Notes: generated by a model from the letters alone, not told the origin. Shown: positions 17,964-26,749, counted from the stretch's first letter. The stretch is 48,455 nt of DNA from Bacteroidota bacterium (GCA_007128495.1 SKXH01000186.1:1-48455), one strand, 5' to 3'. Numbers and translations: made by a program.

Positions 17964-18172
17964 AAATCTCTCCTGTATTTGTGTGATTATTAATATAATG
18001 TGAGAATTAGTACGGCAGAATGGAGAACAATGCGAACATTGCTCCGGTCAGCAATTATGGAGTTGATGGTTATACTCTCTACTTAGGTGTGAATGTTATA
18101 AAAAGTATTAAAATAATTGTATTTATATGTATGAAAAAATTTTCAAAATGTCAAATAATATTAGATGAGATC

Positions 18173-18199
18173 CCGGCACATACACGTGATATGTGCCGG
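18173..18199 (-). terminator. terminator hairpin after the sigma/OsmC/Trx operon
   Basis: ccggcacata (18173-18182) pairs with tatgtgccgg (18190-18199) around a 7-nt loop. It lies directly downstream of the OsmC stop (18208), with A/T runs on both sides. Confidence 0.65.
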
Positions 18200-18207
18200 C
18201 TCATTTT

Positions 18208-18666
18208 TTATTGCACACGTATTTCCGGTTCAATAGTCACTTCCGCTTTGATTGAATTTGCAATCAAACATTTTTCATGTGCATCGTGGATCATTCGCTC
18301 CGCTTCCTCAACCGCCTCCTCCGATTTCACGAATATCTGTGGCTGCAACACAACGGTAGTGAAGCGATACCCGCCGTCAACAAATTCTAACTTCCCCTTG
18401 GCCCTGCTGTCATACGACGCGAGCGGTAGTTTCTTTCGGTAGGCAAAAGCCAGAAAGGTGGTCATCGTACATGACTCGACGGCCGCCACAAATAAGTCCT
18501 CCGGTGTCCAGACTCCTTCTTCCCCTTTAAATTCCGGCGGACTTGCAACACGAAATTCCGGCTTTCCCTCGGAGTTTATCATCCCTGCCCGATCTTCAAT
18601 CCATTTTAGATGCGTATTATACGTAAATGTTTTATATTTCGGTTTCGGTTGTTGTACATCGTTCAT
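18208..18666 (-). CDS. OsmC/Ohr-family peroxiredoxin-like protein
   Basis: Paired Cys motifs 'AAVESCTMTT' and 'HEKCLIANS', with family-typical size (152 aa). Confidence 0.8.
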   Translation of the reverse strand: MNDVQQPKPKYKTFTYNTHLKWIEDRAGMINSEGKPEFRVASPPEFKGEEGVWTPEDLFVAAVESCTMTTFLAFAYRKKLPLASYDSRAKGKLEFVDGGYRFTTVVLQPQIFVKSEEAVEEAERMIHDAHEKCLIANSIKAEVTIEPEIRVQ

Positions 18667-18679
18667 AGTATATTCCTTT

Positions 18680-19021
18680 TTAACTATTTACCGTCTGAAG
18701 ATGTTCATCAAGTTTTTCTGCAAGCATCTTTTTCGGAACGGCACCGATAACCGCATCCACGAGTTCGCCGCCTTTAAAGATCCCCAGTGTCGGAATACTC
18801 ATAATACCATACCGTGAAGCAGTTTCACTATTTTCATCGGTATTTATCTTGACGAACTTGAATTTGCCTTCATATTCCCCTGCAAGTTCTTCAATCACGG
18901 GTGCGACAATACGGCATGGCCCGCACCACGGTGCCCAGAAATCAACAAGTACAGGAATATCTGATTCAAGCACTTCTTTTTTAAAAGTGGCGTCTGTACC
19001 TTCTATTACGTTCTTACTCAT
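18680..19021 (-). CDS. trxA: thioredoxin
   Basis: '[12 protein letters not shown]' active site and '[14 protein letters not shown]' (cis-Pro loop). 113 aa. Confidence 0.95.
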   Translation of the reverse strand: MSKNVIEGTDATFKKEVLESDIPVLVDFWAPWCGPCRIVAPVIEELAGEYEGKFKFVKINTDENSETASRYGIMSIPTLGIFKGGELVDAVIGAVPKKMLAEKLDEHLQTVNS

Positions 19022-19034
19022 ATTATAACTCCTT

Positions 19035-19505
19035 TCAGTTATTATTTACTGCGGTTTGTTCAGCGGTCACAGGCATTTGATCGGCCGGTTCAATCCTGTA
19101 TGAATGGGTTAATTTGACGGTCGATTCTACCATTGCTGAAACACCACAATATTTTGTTGTTGATAATTCTATTGCTTTTTCAATATCCTGTTCATTAAGA
19201 TTATCTCCGTAAAATACATACTCCATATGTACTTCAGTAAATATCCTCGGATGTTCGTCGCGTTCTTTTGCAGAAAGATGTATTTCATAATGCTTTACAT
19301 CTAACCGTTTTTTCTGTAAAATTGAAACAACATCACTGGAAGTACATCCACCGATCGCGAACAATAATAGTTCTTTCGGACTCGACCCGGCGCCGTGTCC
19401 GCCGCCCCTCGGTTTTGTATCCATTACGACCCAATGATTTGAATCAGCTCTTGCAGCGTAGGTATTTCCTTTAATCTGCACGACAGTTGCATTTTTTTCA
19501 GTCAT
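19035..19505 (-). CDS. OsmC-family protein
   Basis: '[12 protein letters not shown]' and '[11 protein letters not shown]' conserved Cys pair. 156 aa. Confidence 0.8.
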   Translation of the reverse strand: MTEKNATVVQIKGNTYAARADSNHWVVMDTKPRGGGHGAGSSPKELLLFAIGGCTSSDVVSILQKKRLDVKHYEIHLSAKERDEHPRIFTEVHMEYVFYGDNLNEQDIEKAIELSTTKYCGVSAMVESTVKLTHSYRIEPADQMPVTAEQTAVNNN

Positions 19506-19616
19506 ACTACCCTTTTCAATATATTACAAATGTTGCTTTTTCTGGCTTTCAGAAGATTAGATGCACGATATTTCGAAAGGATTCAGATCGGGGACCGGCC
19601 GGGGAGAAAATAGATT

Positions 19617-19868
19617 TTATTTATCGGAAAGGTGGCTTTTTTTGATTATTTCATCAATCGATACCTTAGCCGATTCAGACGGGCGTGGCGACGGGTACTC
19701 TTTGTAGAGATCGATTGTCTTTTTTAAACTTTTTAAATAAGATACACAGTCAGGGCACTCGTTGAGATGGAGTTTTATAGCCCTGCATTTCGGCGAATCT
19801 AAGTCTTCATCGAGGTTAATGCATATATGCTCATGAACCTCTTCACACGATAGCTTTTGCTCTTTCAT
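19617..19868 (-). CDS. soluble zinc-binding anti-sigma factor (ZAS family, RsrA-like)
   Basis: 83 aa with no TM segment. H-x3-C-x2-C motif 'HLNECPDC' plus upstream Cys8/Cys16/Cys28. Its start overlaps the sigma gene stop by 4 nt. Confidence 0.8.
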   Translation of the reverse strand: MKEQKLSCEEVHEHICINLDEDLDSPKCRAIKLHLNECPDCVSYLKSLKKTIDLYKEYPSPRPSESAKVSIDEIIKKSHLSDK

Positions 19869-20425
19869 GATGTAACATACTCCGATAGTTGTTCACGTAG
19901 TTCCTTTCTGGCACGGTGTAATCGTGATTTTACAGCCGCCACTGATATGTCAAGCACATCCGCCGCTTCAGCGGCAGTTAACCCCTCTATATCACGCAAT
20001 ACAAACACAACCCGGTATTCGACCGGCAATGTCAGAATAGCTTCATCGAGCTGCTTTTGTAATTCGTCTGACATTACTGCGTCTAACGGTGTCGGGATGC
20101 CTGTTGCCCCCGCGGTACTTTGTTCTTGTTCATCTTCAAGCTGTACCGATATCTCATCGATCTTCCGCTGGCGGTTCTTCATCAGGCAATTGTTCGTTAC
20201 AATACTGTACAACCACGTACTGAACTTAGATTTACCATCGAACTGATGCAGTTTTCGATAGACATTCACAAACGTGTCTTGCAGTGCCTCTTCAGCTTTT
20301 TCGCGGTCGCGGCATACTTTGAATGCAAAACTAAAAACAGTATCCTCATACCGGCGTACTAACTCGCTGAACGCCTGCTTATCACCGTCGAGTATCTGTT
20401 TAATAAGTATGTTTGTATCTTTCAT
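19865..20425 (-). CDS. ECF (sigma-70 group IV) RNA polymerase sigma factor
   Basis: Region 2 'DTFVNVYRKLHQFDGKSKFSTWLYSIVTNNCL' and region 4 'VFVLRDIEGLTAAEAADVLDISVAAVKSRLHRAR'. Confidence 0.92.
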   Translation of the reverse strand: MKDTNILIKQILDGDKQAFSELVRRYEDTVFSFAFKVCRDREKAEEALQDTFVNVYRKLHQFDGKSKFSTWLYSIVTNNCLMKNRQRKIDEISVQLEDEQEQSTAGATGIPTPLDAVMSDELQKQLDEAILTLPVEYRVVFVLRDIEGLTAAEAADVLDISVAAVKSRLHRARKELREQLSEYVTS

Positions 20426-20568
20426 CCGGTTAGATGCATAAAGTAATTAAAAGATTCATATACAAGGTAGTGATTGGAGTAAATAATTGCAATTTTCATT
20501 GAATTTCAATACGGGGTTCATTATTTTGTATCAATCCAACCAAACAACCAACATATTGTAATGCGAAT

Positions 20569-21720
20569 ATGAAAAAGAAACTAACCGACGACGAATTATT
20601 TACCTTAATAAACTCTGTGTTCGACCCGCAGGAAGGGGATAAACATGTAGCAATCGTAACCGACGTCCCGAACGAACGCAGGGCCGATCACGATAAATGG
20701 CAGGAACGCAGGAGCATTGTTTACGAATGGTATCAACAACTATCAAATCTACGCAGCAAATTTGGGTTTGATACAGTCGACATCTATTTATATGAAAATG
20801 CAGAAAGCAACAACGCCGATCTTCCCGATATATTTTATAAAATCAATACTGTCGAGGAACCGGTAAAAGCTTCCATCCTGCCGTCGGTAGGCAAAGAGGT
20901 CAGCCGTGATACCGTTCTCGGTCAATACCAGATACTCCTTGTACCTACCGAATATTCGGCCACAGCACCGTTGAAAATGCTCGGCAAACAGTTTCCATTC
21001 AGGGCTGCAACTATGCCCGGTTTTTCACGCGCAATGATTCCCGCGCTGGGATTGGATTATCAGAAGGTACATGAACGGGTAATGACATTAAAAAATCGTC
21101 TTGATAGGGCAGAGAATGCAATAGTACAATTTTCAGCAGATGGTAATACCTACGAACTGTTTCTCGATCTCCGTCACCGGAAAGCCCACGCAAGCTCGGG
21201 GTTGATACGGGATAAAGGTACTGCAGGCAATTTACCCTCAGGTGAAACGTATATAGTTCCTTACGAAGGAGAAAATATCGGAGATGCAAGCCGAACTTCG
21301 GGTACCCTGCCCGTTCGATTTGGAAAAGATCTCTTGTTGTTTCACATTCACAATAACCGAACATATGAAATCGAGGGGTCAGGAAAATCGGCAACGGAAC
21401 AACAGCAATTTTTAAAAGAAGAACCTGCGTACGGGAATGTTGCCGAACTCGGTCTGGGTATTCTCGACACTTTCGGAATAGATGCTGTCGGCAGTGTGTT
21501 GCTCGATGAGAAACTCGGATTACATGTTGCATTCGGTCGCAGCGAACACTTCGGCGGAATTACCGGCCCGGGTTCGTTTAATAATCCGAAAAATGTCATT
21601 CATATGGACTACGTTTACGTACCATCTCTCCAACCCGATATCAAAGTAACATCGGCGCGTCTGCAATATGAGAGCGGGGAGGAAGAAATCATTATGGAAA
21701 ACAGTAAGTACATAGTTTGA
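20569..21720 (+). CDS. M29 (aminopeptidase T/AmpS-like) family metallopeptidase, probable
   Basis: Four motifs resemble the M29 metal/catalytic positions: 'NLPSGETYIVP', 'VAELGLGI', 'LHVAFG' and 'VIHMDYV'. The size of 383 aa fits the family. Confidence 0.55.
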   Translation: MKKKLTDDELFTLINSVFDPQEGDKHVAIVTDVPNERRADHDKWQERRSIVYEWYQQLSNLRSKFGFDTVDIYLYENAESNNADLPDIFYKINTVEEPVKASILPSVGKEVSRDTVLGQYQILLVPTEYSATAPLKMLGKQFPFRAATMPGFSRAMIPALGLDYQKVHERVMTLKNRLDRAENAIVQFSADGNTYELFLDLRHRKAHASSGLIRDKGTAGNLPSGETYIVPYEGENIGDASRTSGTLPVRFGKDLLLFHIHNNRTYEIEGSGKSATEQQQFLKEEPAYGNVAELGLGILDTFGIDAVGSVLLDEKLGLHVAFGRSEHFGGITGPGSFNNPKNVIHMDYVYVPSLQPDIKVTSARLQYESGEEEIIMENSKYIV

Positions 21721-21799
21721 AGTTATTGAAATTGACGCGAAAATTAATTATATATGGTATGTCAATTCCTTCAACTATATATTCGAAAGGGAAATTTGT

Positions 21800-22375
21800 A
21801 TGCGAACTTCTATTTTCGTATTAATGCTCATAACGTGTATTTTGATATTAGGATGTGAGCGCGAGGAAATCATTGAAACGGATTTTCATGATGCATTCTT
21901 CCAAAATATGACTGAATTGTGCGGTGAGACGTTCACCGGTGAGGCCGTTTTCCCTGACGATCCGGACCATCCGCTGGTTGATACCGAACTGCGGATACAT
22001 TTCTCATCCTGCGACGATGATATGATACGGATCGAGTTATTCCGCGATAGTGATTACTGGCATGGAGCCTGGGTTCTCGAAAAACGCGAGCAGGGCCTAC
22101 ATCTGTATCACGACCATTTAGGTGACGAGCGCACCGAAGCGGATCTCGGTGAAGATGATGCCCACGGTTACGGCGGTTATGCAGACGATCGGGGATCTGC
22201 TCTATACCAATACTTTCCCGCTGATGAGGTCACCGCTGAAATGCTTCCTGAAGCCGCGACAAATGTCTGGATGATGGAAATCGATCCGGAGGCCAATGAA
22301 TTCGTATACTACTTAGAAAGACACGATGAGCCACGTTTCCGTGTTATCTTTGATTTATCAGAATCATACGAGTAA
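21800..22375 (+). CDS. hypothetical acidic lipoprotein
   Basis: Signal peptide with lipobox 'LILGC'. No recognisable family. Confidence 0.6.
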   Translation: MRTSIFVLMLITCILILGCEREEIIETDFHDAFFQNMTELCGETFTGEAVFPDDPDHPLVDTELRIHFSSCDDDMIRIELFRDSDYWHGAWVLEKREQGLHLYHDHLGDERTEADLGEDDAHGYGGYADDRGSALYQYFPADEVTAEMLPEAATNVWMMEIDPEANEFVYYLERHDEPRFRVIFDLSESYE

Positions 22376-22411
22376 GTAGTGCTCAAATAATATACTTTAA
22401 ACCTCTCAAAA

Positions 22412-22447
22412 CCCGGCGATCATCAGATTCGACTGCCGGGTTTTTTT
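22412..22447 (+). terminator. rho-independent terminator
   Basis: cccggc (22412-22417) pairs with gccggg (22435-22440), followed by T7 (22441-22447). Confidence 0.7.
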
Positions 22448-22456
22448 ATTGCAGCG

Positions 22457-22888
22457 ATGGAACACAAAATAAAAATACATAACCGTCTCTCGATACCCGA
22501 GCATGAACTCCGGTTCCGGTTTGCCCGGAGCGGCGGACCGGGAGGGCAACACGTTAACAAAGCAGCCACCAAAGTAGAGCTCTTATTTGATATACGGAAT
22601 TCTCAGTCGCTGAGCGATTCGCAGCGTGAAAGAATTGAGAGGAAACTAAAAAACCGGATCTCTTCAGAGGGTATCCTCAGCGTTGAAGTACAGGATACTC
22701 GAAGTCAGGTTAAGAACCGGGAAATTGCAATCGCCCGGTTCCGTGAAATCCTTGCAGAAGCATTAAAAACCCGTCGTAAACGAGTATCGACATCACCTCC
22801 TGTTAAAGCTCGAGAAAAACGTCTTCAGGAAAAGAAAAAAAGAAGCGAGGTGAAAAAACTCCGCCGGAAAAATGGAATGGATGATTAG
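22457..22888 (+). CDS. arfB: alternative ribosome-rescue factor ArfB (peptidyl-tRNA hydrolase, YaeJ family)
   Basis: 'SGGPGGQHVNK' GGQ motif and a basic C-terminal tail 'RRKRVS...KKKRSEVKKLRRK'. 143 aa. Confidence 0.9.
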   Translation: MEHKIKIHNRLSIPEHELRFRFARSGGPGGQHVNKAATKVELLFDIRNSQSLSDSQRERIERKLKNRISSEGILSVEVQDTRSQVKNREIAIARFREILAEALKTRRKRVSTSPPVKAREKRLQEKKKRSEVKKLRRKNGMDD

Positions 22889-22906
22889 TAAATTCATGAT
22901 ACATCG

Positions 22907-23773
22907 CTAAACCTCTTTCGGCCGCGTGACCATAATACCGGTCATTCGTTTATTCATAGCAAGATACATCATAAGGTTCTTTTCCGTAATTTCAACCGAT
23001 CTTCCCGCCATCGGTGCGTGCAGAACGTGAACGTTTTCATTCTTCCTAATCGCCAGTGCCGTATGCTGGATATCCAGACCGCGGATATTTGTCGTAAACG
23101 CAAGGACATCACCCTCTCTGATATTTTCCTCATACATATGTAAATTACCTTTCGGGATAAAGGTATACTCACGCTCATTGATGATCTCTTCCTGTTGTTG
23201 TATTGCTTTATAATATTCATCATTCGATAGCTGCCGGTAACTGCCGCGGTTCTCTGACATAAAGTCGATCGTTTTACGGAACGGTTCAGCTCCGCCGATC
23301 TCTTCATTAACATCCTCCACTATTCCCTTTTGAATATTATCATATATCCAATCGGAAAAATAGTGTAATCTGCTCGGATATCCATCGATTTGACCGCCGC
23401 GGTATCGAATCGTTTGCAGCTCCTGCGCGTAATCGTCAAATGTCGTTGTCCCTCTTTTGATACAACGTGCCAGTGCGAGAGAATTTTCAACCAATGTTAC
23501 ACAATCAAATACTTTGAGATTAATAACCAATTCTTCCTTTTCCGACTCTTCAAGAGTATGTGCTTCGTATGGTGCCTCTGTGAACATCTTGCCTATTTCT
23601 GCAACCACGTTCCCGATCGAAAGACGTTCAAGACCTTTTTCGGCTGCAACGGTAAAGGTTTGGTTGCAAATCTCGCGGTGTGCGTCGATCAAAGCGTAGA
23701 CAGCACTTTTTGGAAAGAAATACCCCGCAGCAACGATCGCCGTACTGTTTACAATAAAATTTCTTCTTTTCAT
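22907..23773 (-). CDS. DUF1460-like (N-acetylmuramoyl-L-alanine amidase-like / NlpC-P60-fold) protein
   Basis: N-terminal signal or TAT-like 'MKRRNFIV'. The 'FDCVTLVENSLALA' motif is one I associate with DUF1460. Confidence 0.5.
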   Translation of the reverse strand: MKRRNFIVNSTAIVAAGYFFPKSAVYALIDAHREICNQTFTVAAEKGLERLSIGNVVAEIGKMFTEAPYEAHTLEESEKEELVINLKVFDCVTLVENSLALARCIKRGTTTFDDYAQELQTIRYRGGQIDGYPSRLHYFSDWIYDNIQKGIVEDVNEEIGGAEPFRKTIDFMSENRGSYRQLSNDEYYKAIQQQEEIINEREYTFIPKGNLHMYEENIREGDVLAFTTNIRGLDIQHTALAIRKNENVHVLHAPMAGRSVEITEKNLMMYLAMNKRMTGIMVTRPKEV

Positions 23774-23802
23774 AACATCTTCCTCAAATATAATGAAATT
23801 TA

Positions 23803-24444
23803 CTAATTATCGTTTAAACTTACTATTTCAGATAAAGTATTCCCGTAGGCCGTAAATCCATCCTCGGTATCCTCTATTAAATAATCCAATGGGTACCGCT
23901 TTAATGCTCGCAAACTGAGTAAATCTCCGCCCGCTCCGATTGAATTAAAAATAAACGGCACAATAACCCACCATCCTATTCCCAAAAACAACCCTACGAT
24001 ACATAATACAGAAATTATGACTAACGGCGCAACGGCTACCCGTCGATATGCATATACCGTGAAATAGCCACGAGTTGTTGCATATACAACAGGACCAAGT
24101 CCCCGCATCCACTTAGCGCCGAAGCGGGGCCGCCCTCCGTAATAGAGTATAACCGAAGCGTGGCATAACTCGTGAATCGTTATAGTAACAGCCAGCGACA
24201 CAATTTGAATGAATACATAGAATCCAATCGATAATGACGGGAATTCTGTCATTTGCATTGTCACCCACACCATTATTCCGGCAATGCCGCAAATGCTCAG
24301 TAAAAAAAATATAATCTGGCGCCCCGGACTGATGGAAGAGTTAATGATCCAGTCATCAATAAGATCATAGATCGTCCACGATCTCAATTGAATTACATCA
24401 TCCGGCAGCACGTGAATGAAATGCATATTATTTTTACAAACCAC
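23803..24444 (-). CDS. membrane zincin-like peptidase (DUF3267-like, HExxH)
   Basis: About 4 hydrophobic helices and 'TIHELCHAS' (HExxH) at a helix end. GTG 24444 overlaps the EVE gene by 11 nt. The alternative ATG 24426 lies 7 nt after the EVE stop. Confidence 0.6.
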   Translation of the reverse strand: MVCKNNMHFIHVLPDDVIQLRSWTIYDLIDDWIINSSISPGRQIIFFLLSICGIAGIMVWVTMQMTEFPSLSIGFYVFIQIVSLAVTITIHELCHASVILYYGGRPRFGAKWMRGLGPVVYATTRGYFTVYAYRRVAVAPLVIISVLCIVGLFLGIGWWVIVPFIFNSIGAGGDLLSLRALKRYPLDYLIEDTEDGFTAYGNTLSEIVSLNDN

Positions 24445-24853
24445 CCATTCGCAGAATAGTTCCCCAGTACAGATCTTTTACCGGCATAACCGATAGACGT
24501 GAAAATTTAACCAATTCAAAATCATTAAAAGTTTTGTTTCCTTTAATATCGGCAAGTGATACCGCATAAGGTAATTTTTGAACCGGTTTAATATTAATGA
24601 CAACCCGTTTTTCATCGTTTGCTTCCGGATCAGCATAAGGACCGCTGATAGCTTCAGCTATGCCGATAATCGCACGCTCCTTCCCTGTATGATAAATCAA
24701 CACTCTATCGCCTTTTTTCATCTTTCGAAGATATTGTAATGCCAGATTATTTGCAACTCCATCCCACACCGTTCGACGATCCGCCACTAATTGATCAAAT
24801 GAGTATTCATCGGGTTCGGTTTTTAACAGCCAATATCCAGCCATAAGCAGCAT
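24434..24853 (-). CDS. EVE (PUA-like) domain protein
   Basis: 'YWLLKTEPDEYSFDQL...TVWDGVANNLALQYLRKMKKGDRVLIYHTG' is the canonical EVE/DUF55 N-terminus. The alternative start is 24844. Confidence 0.85.
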   Translation of the reverse strand: MLLMAGYWLLKTEPDEYSFDQLVADRRTVWDGVANNLALQYLRKMKKGDRVLIYHTGKERAIIGIAEAISGPYADPEANDEKRVVINIKPVQKLPYAVSLADIKGNKTFNDFELVKFSRLSVMPVKDLYWGTILRMGGL

Positions 24854-24871
24854 CCGCGTTTATGCTATGAA

Positions 24872-24887
24872 ATGAAAATATTTTCAT
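24872..24887. promoter_or_regulatory. perfect 16-bp palindrome in a divergent promoter region
   Basis: atgaaaatattttcat equals its own reverse complement. It lies between the EVE start (24853) and the glycerate kinase start (24964). Confidence 0.3.
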
Positions 24888-24963
24888 TATCTTGATAAGT
24901 ATAAATATAATAAATATTTTTAAGCTGAAAAAATTTTTCTCCAAATAATATACACAGCCAATC

Positions 24964-26094
24964 ATGACAATACTCATCGCTCCGGATTCGTTCAAAGATT
25001 GCCTGCCTGCAATTGACGTTGCACGAGCTTTATATAACGGTATAAAATCCATCCGCCCGGATATGCAGGTAATTCTTTTTCCGATGGCAGACGGCGGCGA
25101 AGGTACCTCAGATATCCTCGATTACCACCTGAGTTGTCGATGGGAAAACTTCGCGGTAAACGATCCGCTTCAGCGTCCCATTCAATCCGGGTATCTTATG
25201 CTCACTGACCGGGATATCGCTGTTATCGAATTAGCCAAGGCATCGGGATTAGAATTACTTACCATGGAAGAACGGAATCCATTACACACCAACACACTCG
25301 GGACCGGAGAACTTATCCGTGCCGCGCTCGATAACGATGTCAATGAGATTACCCTTTCGATTGGCGGTAGTGCAACCGTAGACGGAGGTACCGGCATTGC
25401 GGCAGCGTTAGGTTTCACGTTTTATAACTATCAAGGTGAGAAATTTATACCTTCCGGCAACACGTTACACAAGATATCACGAATTGATACAGCCGCAGTT
25501 CACCATTCGTTTCATGAAACAAAATGGATAATCGCTTCGGATGTTCAAAATATCCTGAACGGTCCCGAAGGTGCGGCAGTGGTATATGGTCCTCAAAAAG
25601 GTGCAGATGCTCATGCAGTAAAAATTCTTGCTGATGGGCTCAGTCATTTAGCAGAGATAATCGAACGCGATACCGGTTTTTCCGCCGATCAACATCCCGG
25701 TACCGGTGCGGCAGGGGGCGCCGCGCTGTTCCTTATGGCATATGGTAATGCCACATTGCGATCGGGTTTTGATACTATTGCAGAACTAACCGGATTTCAT
25801 TCAGCGATTGATTCGGCCTCGCTGGTCATAACCGGTGAGGGAAAACTCGACGCACAGACAAAATACGGAAAAGTAGTTTCATCTATCGCACACCATACAA
25901 ATAATAAAGAAATACCGTTAATTGTTGTATGCGGAACGACCAAAGATGATCCCGCTGAAATAGCGAAATCTTTGCATATAGCACAACTTTACTCCCTTCG
26001 GGATCGGGCAAAAAACGATGACGATTCAATGAAAAATGTAAAACACTACCTCGAACAAATCGGAGCGGATATAGCTCGCAAAAATTTATTTTGA
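24964..26094 (+). CDS. glxK: glycerate kinase
   Basis: 'ILIAPDSFKDCL', 'MADGGEGT', 'SIGGSATVDGGTG', 'ITGEGKLDAQT'. Confidence 0.9.
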   Translation: MTILIAPDSFKDCLPAIDVARALYNGIKSIRPDMQVILFPMADGGEGTSDILDYHLSCRWENFAVNDPLQRPIQSGYLMLTDRDIAVIELAKASGLELLTMEERNPLHTNTLGTGELIRAALDNDVNEITLSIGGSATVDGGTGIAAALGFTFYNYQGEKFIPSGNTLHKISRIDTAAVHHSFHETKWIIASDVQNILNGPEGAAVVYGPQKGADAHAVKILADGLSHLAEIIERDTGFSADQHPGTGAAGGAALFLMAYGNATLRSGFDTIAELTGFHSAIDSASLVITGEGKLDAQTKYGKVVSSIAHHTNNKEIPLIVVCGTTKDDPAEIAKSLHIAQLYSLRDRAKNDDDSMKNVKHYLEQIGADIARKNLF

Positions 26095-26109
26095 TAAATT
26101 TTAAGGGAC

Positions 26110-26367
26110 TAACGGCCCGCTCCAAAATAGTAGCTGGAACTTGCAGTTTTCTGTGTATTCTACTATATTAACAGAACAAACAACTGTACTCCGAATTTTG
26201 CTCTTTCTACTATAGGTTAATCGTTGCTACAACCATTAGAAACTTTCCTTAGAAATTTCCGGTGGAAGCAGTCTTAGCCGTCGGTGCGGTGAGTTAGTAA
26301 CCGCTACCGGCAGCGAAAAGCAAAACAGGGTACGCATTATATTATTCCTTTGGGGAGGGTTATCCAA
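26110..26367 (+). promoter_or_regulatory. long leader / promoter region of the cold-shock gene
   Basis: About 270 nt are non-coding before the csp ATG. GC-rich pairing segments sit near 26270-26320 (gcggt/accgc, ccgtcgg/ccggcag). RBS GGGGAGGG at 26352-26359. Confidence 0.35.
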
Positions 26368-26571
26368 ATGGAAGAAGGTACCGTAAAATGGTTCAATGCT
26401 TCCAAAGGTTACGGATTTATTCAACGTGAAGCAGGTGAAGACGTTTTTATCCATTATAAGTCGATTGTCGCAGAAGGATATAAAACACTGAATCAGGGAG
26501 ACCGGGTACAATTTGATGTTGAAGAAGGTCCAAAAGGCCTGCAAGCAAAGAACGTAAAGAAAATATCCTAA
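26368..26571 (+). CDS. cold-shock protein (CspA family)
   Basis: '[15 protein letters not shown]' (RNP1) and 'VFIHY' (RNP2). ATG 26368 follows GGGGAGGG, whereas the track start at 26350 (TTG) would include the RBS. Confidence 0.93.
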   Translation: MEEGTVKWFNASKGYGFIQREAGEDVFIHYKSIVAEGYKTLNQGDRVQFDVEEGPKGLQAKNVKKIS

Positions 26572-26579
26572 ATGATATA

Positions 26580-26604
26580 CCCCGGCAAACCCCTGCCGGG
26601 GTTT
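26580..26604 (+). terminator. rho-independent terminator after csp
   Basis: ccccggca (26580-26587) pairs with tgccgggg (26594-26601), followed by TTT and then an A-run. Confidence 0.7.
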
Positions 26605-26749
26605 ATAAAAAAACCAATCTTATAAGAAAAATTGAAAATAATATGTGGAACCTCCCGCACAACCACTTTTATTATCATAATCTACTGACATAAATATCAA
26701 AGCAAGAATTCTATTAGAATTAGAATTATATATATATGAGGAGTAACGA

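Larger units (their letters stand above)
14241..18165. repeat. tandem duplication unit B
   Basis: Homologous to unit A throughout. The right boundary is approximate, because similarity in the promoter-side region fades near 18160. Confidence 0.8.

Noticed and set aside
18020-18442. 140-aa plus-strand ORF spanning the intergenic region and the OsmC gene antisense
   Set aside because: It runs through the terminator hairpin and overlaps a well-supported OsmC gene. No motif is present.
20498-20510. Small palindrome attgaa-t-ttcaat in the sigma-factor / M29 divergent promoter region
   Set aside because: It is only 6+6 bp in AT-rich DNA. I could not match it or neighbouring sequence convincingly to an ECF -35/-10 (GAAC-N16-17-CGT) spacing.
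26350-26367. Upstream TTG start for the cold-shock gene
   Set aside because: It would translate the GGGGAGGG ribosome-binding site. ATG 26368 gives the canonical 67-aa Csp.
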